Assembly (NCBI GenBank): GCA_050273025.1
Contig: CP158635.1
Location: 25,234,001 to 25,298,000, forward strand
DNA from: Cenococcum geophilum
Taxonomy: Eukaryota
Direction of reading: 5' to 3'
DNA: 64,000 bases
Every line of letters starts with the position of its first letter. Position 1 is the stretch's first letter. Shown in pieces: positions 52,228-64,000 of the stretch. The translations under genes and the position numbers were made by a program. A model generated the notes under the pieces. It made no database searches, was not told the DNA's origin, and worked only from the letters and a program-made list of their open reading frames with translations.

Positions 52228-53687
52228 TAGTAGTTGCATAAATAAATATATTTATTAAATAAATTGAATATTTTAAAGCCCTTATAAATGAATATATTTA
52301 TAAGCTTATAAATATATAGGACCCTTTTTAAAGCTTTAGTAGAGGACGTGCTTAAAAACGATAAAGTATAAGGTTTTAGGTATATATACTTATAAGTACG
52401 CCCATATAAGAAGCTTCTAAACTAAAAAGGCAACCTAACGCGTATAATAAATGGGAAAAGAGATAGGTAGTGGTAATAGGTTGTAATCTATTCACTTGCT
52501 CGCAGAGGTAGAGATATATTCTAAATAATATATTGATTGGGGGTGTAGGCCCGAGGAGAGGGTAATCATCTCAGCCTGCTGTATTGTATAGTAGGTTCCC
52601 TACTATCTTAAGTAGTGGTAGATAATTACACACTCATTGCCCCCCTCGGGCCTACCGCAAGCCTAAGAGGCTGCAAAATCTATCTATAGGGTGGAGGGTG
52701 GGAAAGCGAAAAGCCGAAAGGCTGATTGTGATAGATATTAATATTACTGTTTAAAGGGAAGGCGTGACTTCGCTTTAAATAGACATTTTTATCTATTTAC
52801 TTGCTTGTAGAGGTAGAGATATATTCTAAATAATATATTAATTAGGGGTGTAGGCCCAAGGAGAGGGTAATTATCTCAGCCTACTGTATTGCATAGTAGG
52901 TTCCCTACTATCTTAAGCAGTGGTAGATAATTACATACTCATTGCCCTAAACAACGCGTACCGTTAGAAACTAGCAGTATAAGGCCTACGCCCCACAACC
53001 AATATAGAAGTAGGAATATATCTCATCTTTTTTGCGACCGTAGGGTATTATTAAAAGACCATTTAGGTAACCTAGAACCTAGGTAATATCAAAGGCTATT
53101 AATAACGAACCTAGCGGTACAAGGCCTACGCCTAATAACCAATATAGGAGTAGGAATATATGTCGTCTCTTTACGCCTATAAAGTATCATCAAAAACCGT
53201 TCGGGTAGGTAATATCGAAGGCTATTAACGACGACAACGTAGTAAGCTAGAAAGCGTCAATTCAAAACCTATTAAAAAACCCTGTGGGAAAAATTGTTAG
53301 GAAAGACTACTTATTAACAGCTGTTATAGAAAGACGCGACGCGAAACTTCGCGATCCTCTAAGGGGTAAGACATTTTATCGCGAAAACAACACAACGCCG
53401 TACGGCATAGTATTATTAAGGCTATAAGACGAATAAACAACAAAATCTCTATTAAATAAGCCTTATTTCAAAGCGAAAAGCCAAAAGGCTAATTGTGATA
53501 AATATTAATGTTGCTGTTCGGAGGGAAGGCGTGACTTCGCTTTGAATAGACATTTTTATAAATGCTCTATAAGCATTCCTAATAAATATATTTATATCTT
53601 ATAAATAAATGAATATTTAGGTGCGCTTATGAATATAAATTGAATATAAGGGTCATATTCTAAATATATTTATTTATGCGACCACTA
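52228..53687. mobile_element. hAT-like MITE (~390 bp) hosting the second Helentron-like dimer
   Basis: TIRs TAGTAGTTGCATAAATAAATATATTTA / TAAATATATTTATTTATGCGACCACTA (de-RIPed CAGTGGTCGC...). 8-bp flank CTGCCGTA repeated at 52220-52227 and 53690-53697, offset by 2 nt on the right. Confidence 0.7.
52487..53558 (+). mobile_element. Non-autonomous Helitron/Helentron-like element, head-to-tail dimer, copy 2
   Basis: A|TCTATTCAC ... TGAATAGACATTTTTA|T. Reverse complement of 12420-13491. Internal junction at 52791/52792. Confidence 0.8.
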
Positions 53688-54513
53688 AACTGCCGTATAA
53701 GTAGAATTTAGGTAGATAAGCTATCTTACTATTATATTTATATGCAGCTAGATCTCTACTAGGATTTTATAATCTTCTACCTATAATATAAAAGCCCGAC
53801 TATTAAGTTATAGAAGTAATAATTATAACTTCTAGGCTGTACTAGATTACCGAATATAGTACTGATGTTAAGACATTTTATCTTAGAATCTTCAATAGTG
53901 CTATATAGATCTAGTTTATGGCCTACAGCACATAGACTATTATCTCTCTTATATTAAAGTGCATAAGGAAAGGGGTTGCGGCTAAGAAATAAAGATTTAG
54001 AATGAACTATTAGATCGGCAAAGAATATCTATAATAGATGGTATGCCAGATATAACAAAAGCATATTTAATGCTTAGTTAAGCGTTAATATTTTAAATGA
54101 TAAAATATTAGGAGACACTGCGTGATGCTATAATAACTTAAGTTGTGTATATTATTAAAGATATACTTATAGCTGTTTTGGTAGCTAAACTAATATCTAT
54201 ATAAATCGCCAGAGCTGGTTTCTAGAATTGAGACTGCTAAGTAGGCTTACTAATATATTATCTAGAGCTATATATTATCTATAATAGCACAGACCGAACG
54301 CTAAATGGAGAAGTAGTTATGCTAAGGATGTTATATAGAGGCTGAAAACCCGTAGTGAAGGTAGTAAAGAGTGTCAAAAATTTACCTAATTAACATTTAC
54401 CAAGATATGACTTGTGCTTCAACATACTCTCATCATGTAACGCCCCTTATTAACGCTAAAGGCACTACGGCATGGGATAGTTCGAACACTTACACGTATT
54501 ATAAGATCGGTTA

Positions 54514-55920
54514 TAGCCCCCGTAGAACCTAAACGCGTTCCTATTCCTAAAAATGGAGTTGACTATTATAAGAAGGTCGTCTTAGCTCTAATAGTAAGGT
54601 CTAAAGAACTTCCGTTAAGGTTGCTAGCGCTAAAATATAGGGCAGACCTTATCTAGGGTAAGTAAAATTAGAACTTCTAAACTCTTGTATTTTATTTATC
54701 CCTTACCTTACAAATACCTTTATAAATACGTATCTGACTTTAAGCAACAGGCCTAGAAACGATTAATCGTGCCCTTATTAGTATAACGCGCCGCCTAAAT
54801 CCCCACACTTCTACTATTAAATTCTCCCACCTTCCCTTTTTAAAAATTCAGAATCCCTCTTTTAATCCCTTTGCTCGTGAAAGTGTTATCTATTATATCT
54901 ACCCTAAGCTAGAATATAAGCGCCTAATATTCTAAATTGGTACCTTAAACCCTAATCTTGCGGTTATAGCTGCGAAGATTATCGCAGTAGATGTTGTAGG
55001 TATAGACGTAAATGCAAGCTGTCTAAAATCGTTCTTAACCGCCGGAGGGATGGGTGCTGCGCTGCTAAAGATACCCGACTTGCTATATAGTATCCTTACC
55101 GCACTTATAGAGGAGGTGGGGAAGCAGTTTGAAATAGGGATTAGCGTGAAAATTAGGTTATTAGATAAACTAAAAGATATAGAGGCTCTAGTTAGGAAGT
55201 TAGTAGTTACTGGTATTATAGGCTTAATAATACACTACTAGATAACGCCCATGCGGCTAAGAGAACGGGCTATTTGGGAATAGTTAAGGATGATAGGCGA
55301 CGTCTATAGAGAAGTGGGCGTTGCTTATATTATAAATAGTAATGTAACCTCCTATATAGAAGCACTATAACTAATCTAAGAGTATAATATAGATGCAGCA
55401 ATGATTGTAACGGCTGCTAAAAAGAATCTAAGCGTCTTCCAATCGGAGTTAGAAGGTAGAACGCTTACTAATAAGACAGTATAGAGGGGCGTTATTATGG
55501 AGTATTTGCGTCTAGCCTTATAAGTTAAGAATAGGTGGGGCAATACTAAGTATTTACTTGCCTAGATAATTCTAGGCAAGAAAAAGTGTTATATAAAGAT
55601 AAATCGGTCTAAGTGCTATTAAGATTTTATATATATTCTGGGGTTGACAGATATAGAGTGCCTCTTAGACTTAACAAAGGTCGTAGATAAGAGATTAGGA
55701 ATTCCCTATGTTAAGTTAAGAGCTAGAAAGAGAGCGAGAGTTAAGGAAGACAGGGGAAAGAGTAAAGAGAATAGTGCTATAAAAGCTGCGGCTAAGAAGG
55801 CCTAGGGCCTTCTAGAAGGAGGAAGTATAAAGAGAGCTAGGCTCCCGTAGCCTATAATAGACATATCCGCTATAGCGTTAGAAGTAGCTCCTGTAGCTAC
55901 CTTAGGCATATAAACGTAGT
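54514..55920 (+). pseudogene. DUS2: tRNA-dihydrouridine synthase 2 (Dus2/Smm1-type) pseudogene
   Basis: De-RIPed KVVLAPMVRS.ELPLRLLALKYGADL.WG-intron-PETIDRALI, IFQIGTSNPDLA, GIDVNASCPKSFSTAGGMGAALLK (ORF 55050-55241 continues ISVKIRLL), HCRITPMRPRE, AAMIATAAEKNPS. Confidence 0.88.
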
Positions 55921-58040
55921 AAGTGAAAGCATTTACTAGTCGTTAGCACTTCTAAAGGAGTAATAGGTCAAGTATGGTATATGGAGGTATATAGTTTTAC
56001 TTTTATAATCCTAAAACCTTTATATATATCTATAGAACATCTATATCTATTTACATTAATGCCTAGGAATCGTAAGTCTTTATAATTATCCTAGCCTATT
56101 TATTTAGCCGTAGTATTATTTAACTAATTAAGAATAGGTAAACATTAGTTAGGGTATTTAGATTCACTACTCTATCCCATACGCTATTAAGATGCTCCTT
56201 TAAATATAGCCCATGCGCGAATAATAATGGGCTCTACTATCGAATCTATATAGCTTTTTACCTTAATTAAACTACTATAATGGGCCGTAAACGTTCTTCT
56301 AATACCTTAATCGAATCAAGCTATAATAAAGTCAAATTATATATAAAATCTAAGCTTTATTACTATAATATTAAGTTACAATTAATTAATCAATCTATAG
56401 CTTTATTTTGCCAAGACTTAATTAAATCTAGAGCCTCTAGTTGGCTTGGTAGAAGGAGTACCTTTCTTAACTACGCATAGGATAAGTTAGGCTGCTCCCC
56501 AGCTTTTAGTAAGAATGCTTGATTTCTCTTAGCTACAGCATCAATCTCGGATTAGCCGCGCGAGGCGTACCTAGCACTTTAACTTATGCGTAGCCTTTAG
56601 ACTTAGCCTAGCTATATTATAACGTGGCACTATAAATATAAACTTCTTACAGGATCACTTTGACCTACGTTTAGCCTTAGAATTGGCTTAGCTATATATA
56701 ACGTGGCACTATAAATATGTATTTCTTACTTAAGCCGCTTTAACCTGCCCGTAGTAATATTACCACTGCATTAAATTAATACTCGCTATTAAATTACTTT
56801 TATAGTATTCTCTACTTTATATATTCTAATTATAATTTAAGTCTAGGATTATTTCGTATATCCCAAGCTTAAAAAGACTACCGTTAAACGTCTTTTTTAA
56901 CTTTTAATGCTTGTATAAAACTAGCAATATCGAACTTCTCCTACGGTTTAATATCCTATGTATACTTTAGCATAAGAATAGGTAGGCAATTATTCTGCAC
57001 CTTTACCTCTAACTTACTTGCTTTCTTTGGCTAATACGGACTCTAAAAGGATTCTAAAATAAAATTAGGCCAATTAAAGGTTCTAACTTAAGCGCTTGTA
57101 TTTTATTATTAAAGGACAAAAGACTATAGATCTAATAGCTGGTTAAGCGATTATATAAACTTCTTAATTATCTAGCCTATGTAGCTTCACTAACGCTTTA
57201 GCTAGCATTTAACGTTCTTTTCTTTGGGCTTCAGCGGGTATCTAATATTTTTCTCTTAGGGATTAAATTAATTCCCCCGGCCTTTTAATTCCTTCTTAAG
57301 AAGCTGGAGGTAAACCCCCTATACTATCGAGTTTTAAAACGTTATGGACGTCACTAAGTCATGCATTAGGCTTAGCCCTCTTGTGTAGCGCTCTATAGTA
57401 AAGGGTTAAGCTGCTATTGGAGGTTAACTTGTCCCCTAATCAATATTTAATGTCTAGAAAGGTGGATATTCTCTCTTAGCCGTTAAATTTTATCAACGGT
57501 TCCTAAATTACTATTATAGTCAAAAATTAATAATATTTAGGTTGTGTGTAGAGGCGGGGTAGTAGAGTGATGTGGTAGTGGCGAGGGGGTAAGGAGAGAG
57601 GCCTTAGGATAAGGGGTTAGTTAGATACTATAATAGATAAGCTTAGAGCCTTAGTAAATATAAATATAATTAGAGAGTGTAAGAGGTATAGATGGTATGT
57701 ATGTTCCTAGGTTCTGCCTAACATTACGTAAGTAATCTAAATTTTATACTACTATTCTTTAAAGTCTTAAATATGCTAAGTAGATACAAGATAGTTACTA
57801 TATATTGGCTGGGACACGCCAATTAGCTTCGAGATACGAGTACGACTTATAAAAACTTACGAGGTAAAGATCCTCCTAAATTACCATCAGGGATATCAAT
57901 CCAGGAGACCACTAGAGGCATGTATTGGCCATGAAGCGGTTCCAACCATTGAGACACCAAAAAGGGGCCGTGCTCCCTCCTATCCCGCTCACGTCTGGTA
58001 TTGACCTACAAACAACTCACACAATATCGCCGCCGCCAAA

Positions 58041-58560
58041 ATGGCAGACTCTGGCTCCAACCTCGACTCTCGTCCCGAAAGCCCAAAGCTGCAGAAAACG
58101 GACAAGAATCTGAAGCCAAAGGAGAAGCGGGCTGGTAACATCGACACCAAAGGCAAGTCTGGTTATCGACATTTAGACTTTCTTCTTACCAGTGCAGGCT
58201 TGACTGTTACCCGCTCACGGAATCTCGCAACCTGGTACACCAAGACTATCACCAAAGCGGGCATCATCTCATACTATGATGTGCAAGATACGTCGCTTTT
58301 CAATATTGCCTGGGCCTCACTAACGTCCGTTGAAAGGTGCTATATCCTCGAGCCACCACTCATCTTCGCCTGGGAAGAGATTCGCAAGTAGGTTGACATC
58401 ACCACACAGCTCAGCTGCCAACTCACTGAACATCATAGGTTTTTCGATGCGAAAATCAAAACTATTGGTAAACTACAATTTGTCGACCTGAATCGGGGTT
58501 CCTTACCACGATCCGACTACTGTCTTTGATGCCAAGTACCCTATGTCTTACAGGGTAGGG
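58041..58560 (+). pseudogene. 5' fragment of a cytoplasmic-type prolyl-tRNA synthetase gene
   Basis: Spliced reading GLTVTRSRNLATWYTKTITKAGIISYYDV-QG-CYILEPPLIFAWEEIRK-FFDAKIKTIG resembles the eukaryotic ProRS motif-1 region (..W(Y)..V.....YYDVSGCYIL.P....IWE.I..FFDA.IK..G). Short introns are present. The sequence turns into AT-rich TE DNA after ~58600. Confidence 0.7.
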
Positions 58561-58869
58561 CAAAATCTAATCTTATCTCGATACGATCGACGATCGATCA
58601 AAGTATCGTGATATTCTCTTGGCATGCCGCAAAATTTTCTTTTATTGAATTTACTACTTTTCTACTGCAATATTATACGAAATATGGCTTTAGAAGCGGA
58701 TTTATCTCTTCTTAAAAATACTCCTAGCTTAATTAAGAGCTCTAGTATATAATAGGCTTAGCTTTAATCTCTAGTCTATAAATTTACTCGCCTACTATAT
58801 AAGAATAAGCTAATATATAATAAAAAGAACCGAGGGCTTATATACTATAATTAGTGTAAAAGTTACTTA

Positions 58870-59286
58870 ACGTATTCCACAAGCGAGCCGGACACCCAAG
58901 CGAGCTAGACGCCTCAAAACTCACTAAAAATTAGAAAAATCACACCTTAATATCTCAACAACCACTTAATAATAAATTCTAATAATTTAGATTTAGACTT
59001 TTATATATACTATATAGCAGCTATTAAAGTTATATAGTAAACTATTAAATAGTTTTTAAGATATAGTAAGATGTAGTAATTTAGCCTTATTTTAGCCCCT
59101 AAATTTTAATATTTTAAAAACCACTAAACCATTTACTATATAACTTTAATAGAGGCTATAAAGTATATATAAAAGCCTAAATCTAAATTATTAGAATTTA
59201 TTATTAAGTGGTTGTTAAGATATTAAGGTGTGATTTTTCTAATTTTTGGTAAGTTTTAAGGTGTCCGGCTCGCTTATAGAATACGT
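58870..59286. mobile_element. pogo/Fot1-like MITE (417 bp) with long TIRs
   Basis: TA|ACGTATTCCACAAGCGAGCCGGACACC ... GGTGTCCGGCTCGCTTATAGAATACGT|TA. Inverted similarity extends ~150 bp. The left arm has a duplicated CAAGCGAGC..GAC unit. Confidence 0.88.
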
Positions 59287-59959
59287 TAGTACTATTAACT
59301 ATAAATATAAAAAGATACCTTATAAAAGACCACGCAATCTCTATTAATTTTAAACAGCCTTATATAAAGGAGTAAGTATTTAAAAAGCTTTAGGAACTTT
59401 AGGTATAGATAGTATTAGAATTTAAAATAGATAAAGTTAATTCTATAATTCTTACAAAGGTTTTAAATAAGGAAGTTATCTAGTAAGCTTTTATTAACTT
59501 AGTAATTATATAAAATCTTCTATCTAAATTATAGAGTAGGAAGAGTTCTATATCTTCTATTAGGCTCTTAACCTAAAGTTATCTAATTTAATAATAATAA
59601 CGTATAGAGAAATTTCTTAGATAATTACCTATTTCTTTTAGATAGAAAGATATTATATAAAGACAAGTTTAATTAGCGTTAATAAGTATTTACCTTTCTA
59701 TTAATATCTAGATATCTTTAAATAACTACCTTCTTCTTATAGTCTACGCCTACTTTATTAATAGCTAGGAAAACTAAATAAAAGCTCTTCTTACCCTTTA
59801 TATAGTATCTAGTTATAGTAGAGCTAAATAATAGAATATTCTTCTCCTAGTTTTAGAGGAGTATAGGATTATAAAAGCTTAGAGCTATTATTATAGATAA
59901 TTCTATAATAAATAATACTCTCTATTATATAATCTATAAATATCTTACTAAAGACCCAC

Positions 59960-62661
59960 ACCTTCCGCCCCTACGAAGAGCAGGGGAATCATAGGCCACT
60001 AACAACAATGATAAGAAGGCAAAGATCCTTATAGAAAGGTTCTTCCCCCAACCGGCTCCAGCAGACCTTAGTGATATCACGGGTGAAACACCGGTGACTC
60101 GCCTGTGGGTCGACAGCGATATAATAATAGAAGAAATGGCCAGAACTATTAGCCGCCTTTTAAATAATATAGCACTAGGACTAGATAGGATTCTAAATAA
60201 GGCCTTAAAGACCTATAGACCACTTATAGCACCTTAGCTTATAGATATAGCTAGAGCATACTTTATAATAGGCTACTACTCGCGACTTAGATGATCTATA
60301 ATAACGGTTATCTTACAAAAAGAAGGTAAAGTAGACTACTCAATCCCAGGAAGCTACCGCCCTACTACCTTAGAAAATACCCTTAGTAAGATCTTAGAAA
60401 AAGTAATAGCGGACTATATAGCAGATACGGCTAAGGAATATACCCTACTACTATAAAGCTAAATAGGGGTAAGAAAGAACCGCTTAACGCTATTAGCACT
60501 TATACTACTTACTACCACTATTAAATCTATATAGGTAATGCGAAGGGACTTTATAGTATTAATGCTTAGCCTAGATATTAGCGGCGCCTACAATAATATA
60601 CCCTATAAGCGCCTCCTATATATCCTTAGGGCTAAGGGCTTCCTAGAATAGATTATATAATTTATTTAAGGGTTTATAGGCTAGAAAGAAATATTATTAG
60701 TCTTTAGTAGATACTAGAGCCCCCCTATTGCAGTTATAACAGGAATACTATAAGAATTACCTCTTTTACCTATACTCTTCCTTTTCTTTATAAGCAACTT
60801 ACTTAATACCTTTAAGGAAGGGCAACCTAGGGGATAGACTTTATCGATAACATAAACCTAATTATATATAGTTTAATAGCTATAAAGAACTATAAGACAC
60901 TAGAGAAAGCCTATAATACCTATATAGGATAGGTAAGATAATATAGAGTCTAATTCTTACTAGAGAAATACTAGCTAATCTACTTTATAAGAAAATGCAA
61001 CCAATCTATAGATCTCTAGTATATAATTTACATCTAAGGCTTTAGGGGTTAACTAGTTTAAGGCCTAAGGGTATTAGGAGTATAGGTAGACAGTAAGCTC
61101 TAGTAGAGCGTATATGCGTTATAGGTGGCCTATAAGGGCCAAGTATAGTATATTATAATATCTAGGATTGTTAATTCTATATAGGGTCTATACTTTTAGA
61201 GGTCATGCCTACTATATATAGCAGTTATCCAGCCAACTATAATATATAGATCTAGTATTTAGGCCATTAGAGAAACCAGGAAAGGCCCCCCTAAATTACT
61301 CCTTAAACTACTTTAAAAGGTCTAATTAGCTTACCTCTAGAGTATAATAGGTGGGTATAAGTAAATAGCCATAGCACTGCTTAAAAAGGAAGCTAATACC
61401 CCCCCCTTATAACTATATATTAAAGCTACTATAATATAAAGGGCGTAAAAGGAACGCAACTTAAATATTATAAAGTATATTAAGACACGCCTAAATAAAC
61501 TATAGAGGGACCCTAGGGTGCCCTATAGGAGAATAAACTAATAACCCTAAAGTAGAGAAGATATATTAGAAAAATAGGTAGAGAAAGTAGAAGAAGAATA
61601 GTATTGTATTAGGGTCTAGGCCTATATAGAGGAGGAAGGGAGACGTATAAGAGGCTAGTAAAGATAATAGTAAGAAAGAGAAAGGAGCTAAAGTAGAGTA
61701 TAAGAGAATATTAGGAAACTATCTACTATAATATAATACTAGTTAGACTAATACTAGAGAGGCGTATAGGAGTTAAAGGTATAAAGGCTAACTTAGGTAA
61801 GAGAAACCTAAGCCGTAGTATAGTTAACGCTATAGGGGGTAAATACCTAAGGGCTCTAAGAAGGCCTAATAAGGATAGAAAATATAATAGTAATACTCTT
61901 AAAGATAGGAATAATAGGACTAAAAGATTAGCTTTACTGGGTAGGCGTCTTAGTAGGTAGCCTAAGGTGTAAATATAGCTGGCTAAGATAGATACTAAAA
62001 TACGTAATACTGTTATACCCCTTACACACTAACTAAGAAGTAATACTTTTAGTAGCTGGCATAGAGAACTATAATATACTGCTCTTAATATAAAAAGGTC
62101 TTAAGGCGGTTACCTAGTAGCTGTTACGGGACTTAGTCAATCGAGGCACAAGCGCTGTAAAGAACGTATGCAAGCCTATACAATTGGATTGTCTATTGAC
62201 GAGGATATTAAGCTAAGGAGCAGAAGGTAGTAGAAAGGACGTCTATATATGTGTGCTAAGTCTTAAGCAAGCCCCTAACCAGATCCGTTACGGTGCCGTA
62301 ACAGTAGCTTATTAGCTAAAATGTGCTAAACTAGTTCTAGGTTATAAAGGAAATAGTAATAGAAGGCAAAGGGGTAAGTAATAGGCTCCCAATAATAACT
62401 CTATAGTAGTAGAGTAAAGTTTAAGATACTAGCGCGTCCGTAGGCTTATTACCGCAGCAGTAGTTTCTAAGAAGGTTAAAAAGTAAGGTAGTAGAGCACC
62501 ACCGGTAACTTATAGGCGCTAAGTAAGCAAGTCCTAAAAGGCGGGGAGATGGATTATAGGGTTTTCTTAAACTAAGTTTTCTCCCTATATATATATAAGG
62601 AGTAGTCCGCGTAGGCCTAATAGGGATCCGAATTGGACGTTAAGTAATAAATAATAATAAA
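59960..62661 (+). mobile_element. Tad1-like LINE relic, copy 2 (5'-truncated)
   Basis: Colinear with ~2750-5270 and shares the same RT motifs. Ends GACGTTAAGTAATAAATAATAATAA. Confidence 0.9.
62122..62303. mobile_element. Solo LTR (182 bp) inserted in LINE copy 2
   Basis: TGTTACGG...CCGTAACA with TSD GTAGC. LINE copy 1 shows the empty site (CCTAGTAGCTTATTAGC, ~4904-4920). Confidence 0.92.
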
Positions 62662-62886
62662 TATCTTACTAATAATAAGGATATTACCTAGGATCCTATC
62701 TAATAATATATCCACTACTAGGGGTATACTATCAATCTCGCCGTTTAGGCCTTCCTCTTTAAAGATACTCTTAAACTTAAGGCTATTAAGTTATATAAAA
62801 GAAATAATATAAGTAGAAATAGGCCTTCTAAGTAATATGCCTACTTAGTAAGCCTTATAATATTATAGTATACTTCTATACCTTAG

Positions 62887-63730
62887 TGTTACGGACGCTT
62901 TAAGTACGATGTTATAACTACTAGGAGAGGAGTTAGAAGTAGCTAGTTAGTTAATAGAAGCACGGTCCAGGATAGAACCGGTTAAGCTATATAACGAGGA
63001 ATAGTAGCTAAGGTCACATAATATAATCTATATAATCTATATAATCCGTAAGATCTATAATAGAGCAGATAGAGCACGCGTACCTCACGTATAAGAAGGA
63101 TTTCTTAGGAGTACGGTTGTGTATTTAAAGGACCTCAGTCCCTACCTTAGATAGTTCCTTCCTTATAGTGAATTTTAGAATATAATTAGAGTTAATCTAT
63201 TAAGCACCTTACTCTACTAGGACTTGTTAACTACTTATTTATCTATATACCCAGCTTAAACGCGGCTCTTACTATAGTATTCCTACTAGGTTCTATAATA
63301 TATTCACTACTAAGTGTTACGGAACCTTATAGGAAGTACTACAGGGAGTACTACGTTTAAGCTAGGTATATAGATAAACAAACAATCAATATAAGTCTTA
63401 GTAGAGTAAGGTGCTTAATAGATTAACTCTAATTATATTCTAAGATTTACTATAAGGAAGGAACTATCTAAGGTAGGGACCGAGGTCCTTTAAATACATA
63501 ACCGTACCCCTAAGAAATCCTTCTTATACGTAAGGTACGTATAGTATATAAGGTACATACATTCCTTCCGTTCCCTATATTCTATATATAGCACATTATA
63601 TAACCTTGGTTACTATTCCTCATTATATAGTTTAACTGGTTCCATTCTAGACCGTACTTTTATTAACTAACTAGCTGCTTCCAACTCCTCTCCTAGTAGT
63701 TATAACATCGTACTTAAAGTATTCGTAACA
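62887..63730. repeat. Two ~415-bp LTRs of one family in inverted orientation, 14 bp apart
   Basis: 62887-63300 (TGTTACGGA...TTCTATAATA) is the approximate reverse complement of 63315-63730 (TGTTACGGA...TTCGTAACA). Spacer TATTCACTACTAAG. Confidence 0.85.
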
Positions 63731-64000
63731 CTATCTCCCTCCTCTTTATCTTCGTCCTTAAAGATCCCTAATATCTCCAAGTTATCTACTAGAGGTATAA
63801 TATCCGCTTAATTAATTTAGTTAATATTATTACTTATTATACCTAAAGTATCTCCTTCTTTATACGCGTAATATTATACCCGTACTATTACTGCCATATT
63901 ATTGCTTAGTAAAATTATACTATCTTCATATTCTTATTATACGAAAGAGGGGTTAGTTTATATTACGTTAGCGAGTCCTTTATCTTAACAGCCCTCTTTA

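Noticed and set aside
54400..54500. GTTCGAAC B-box-like motif suggesting a tRNA
   Set aside because: I could not fold a cloverleaf or find an acceptor stem. It lies in the DUS2 upstream region.

Overview
Filamentous-ascomycete genomic DNA, almost all heavily mutated in a RIP-like pattern (CpA/TpG converted to TpA, creating in-frame TAA/TAG stops). Only one clearly intact gene is present, a HET-domain gene (6889-8982, -) in a ~4 kb non-RIPed island. The main feature is a ~48 kb block (~10.0-57.8 kb) of RIP-destroyed copies of ordinary, partly essential housekeeping genes, several visibly retaining introns: a RING-H2 ligase, cyclophilin H, RRN3, MPH1/FANCM, a GPI protein, SNT2, a conserved hypothetical gene, ALA1 and DUS2. 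A truncated prolyl-tRNA synthetase fragment follows it. Two direct-repeat Tad1-like LINE relics bracket the block and the HET island. Nested insertions include two GalEa-like Copia elements with TSDs, a piggyBac-type element that appears to have CCCTTAA ends and a 2-bp AT duplication, two copies of a 1072-bp head-to-tail Helentron-like dimer, hAT and pogo/Tc1-type MITEs, and several solo LTRs. A hairpin+CCAAT module is shared by the 3' regions of a Gypsy and a Copia element. Pseudogene identities come from manually translating and de-RIPing recognised motifs, and pseudogene boundaries are approximate. No database search was run.
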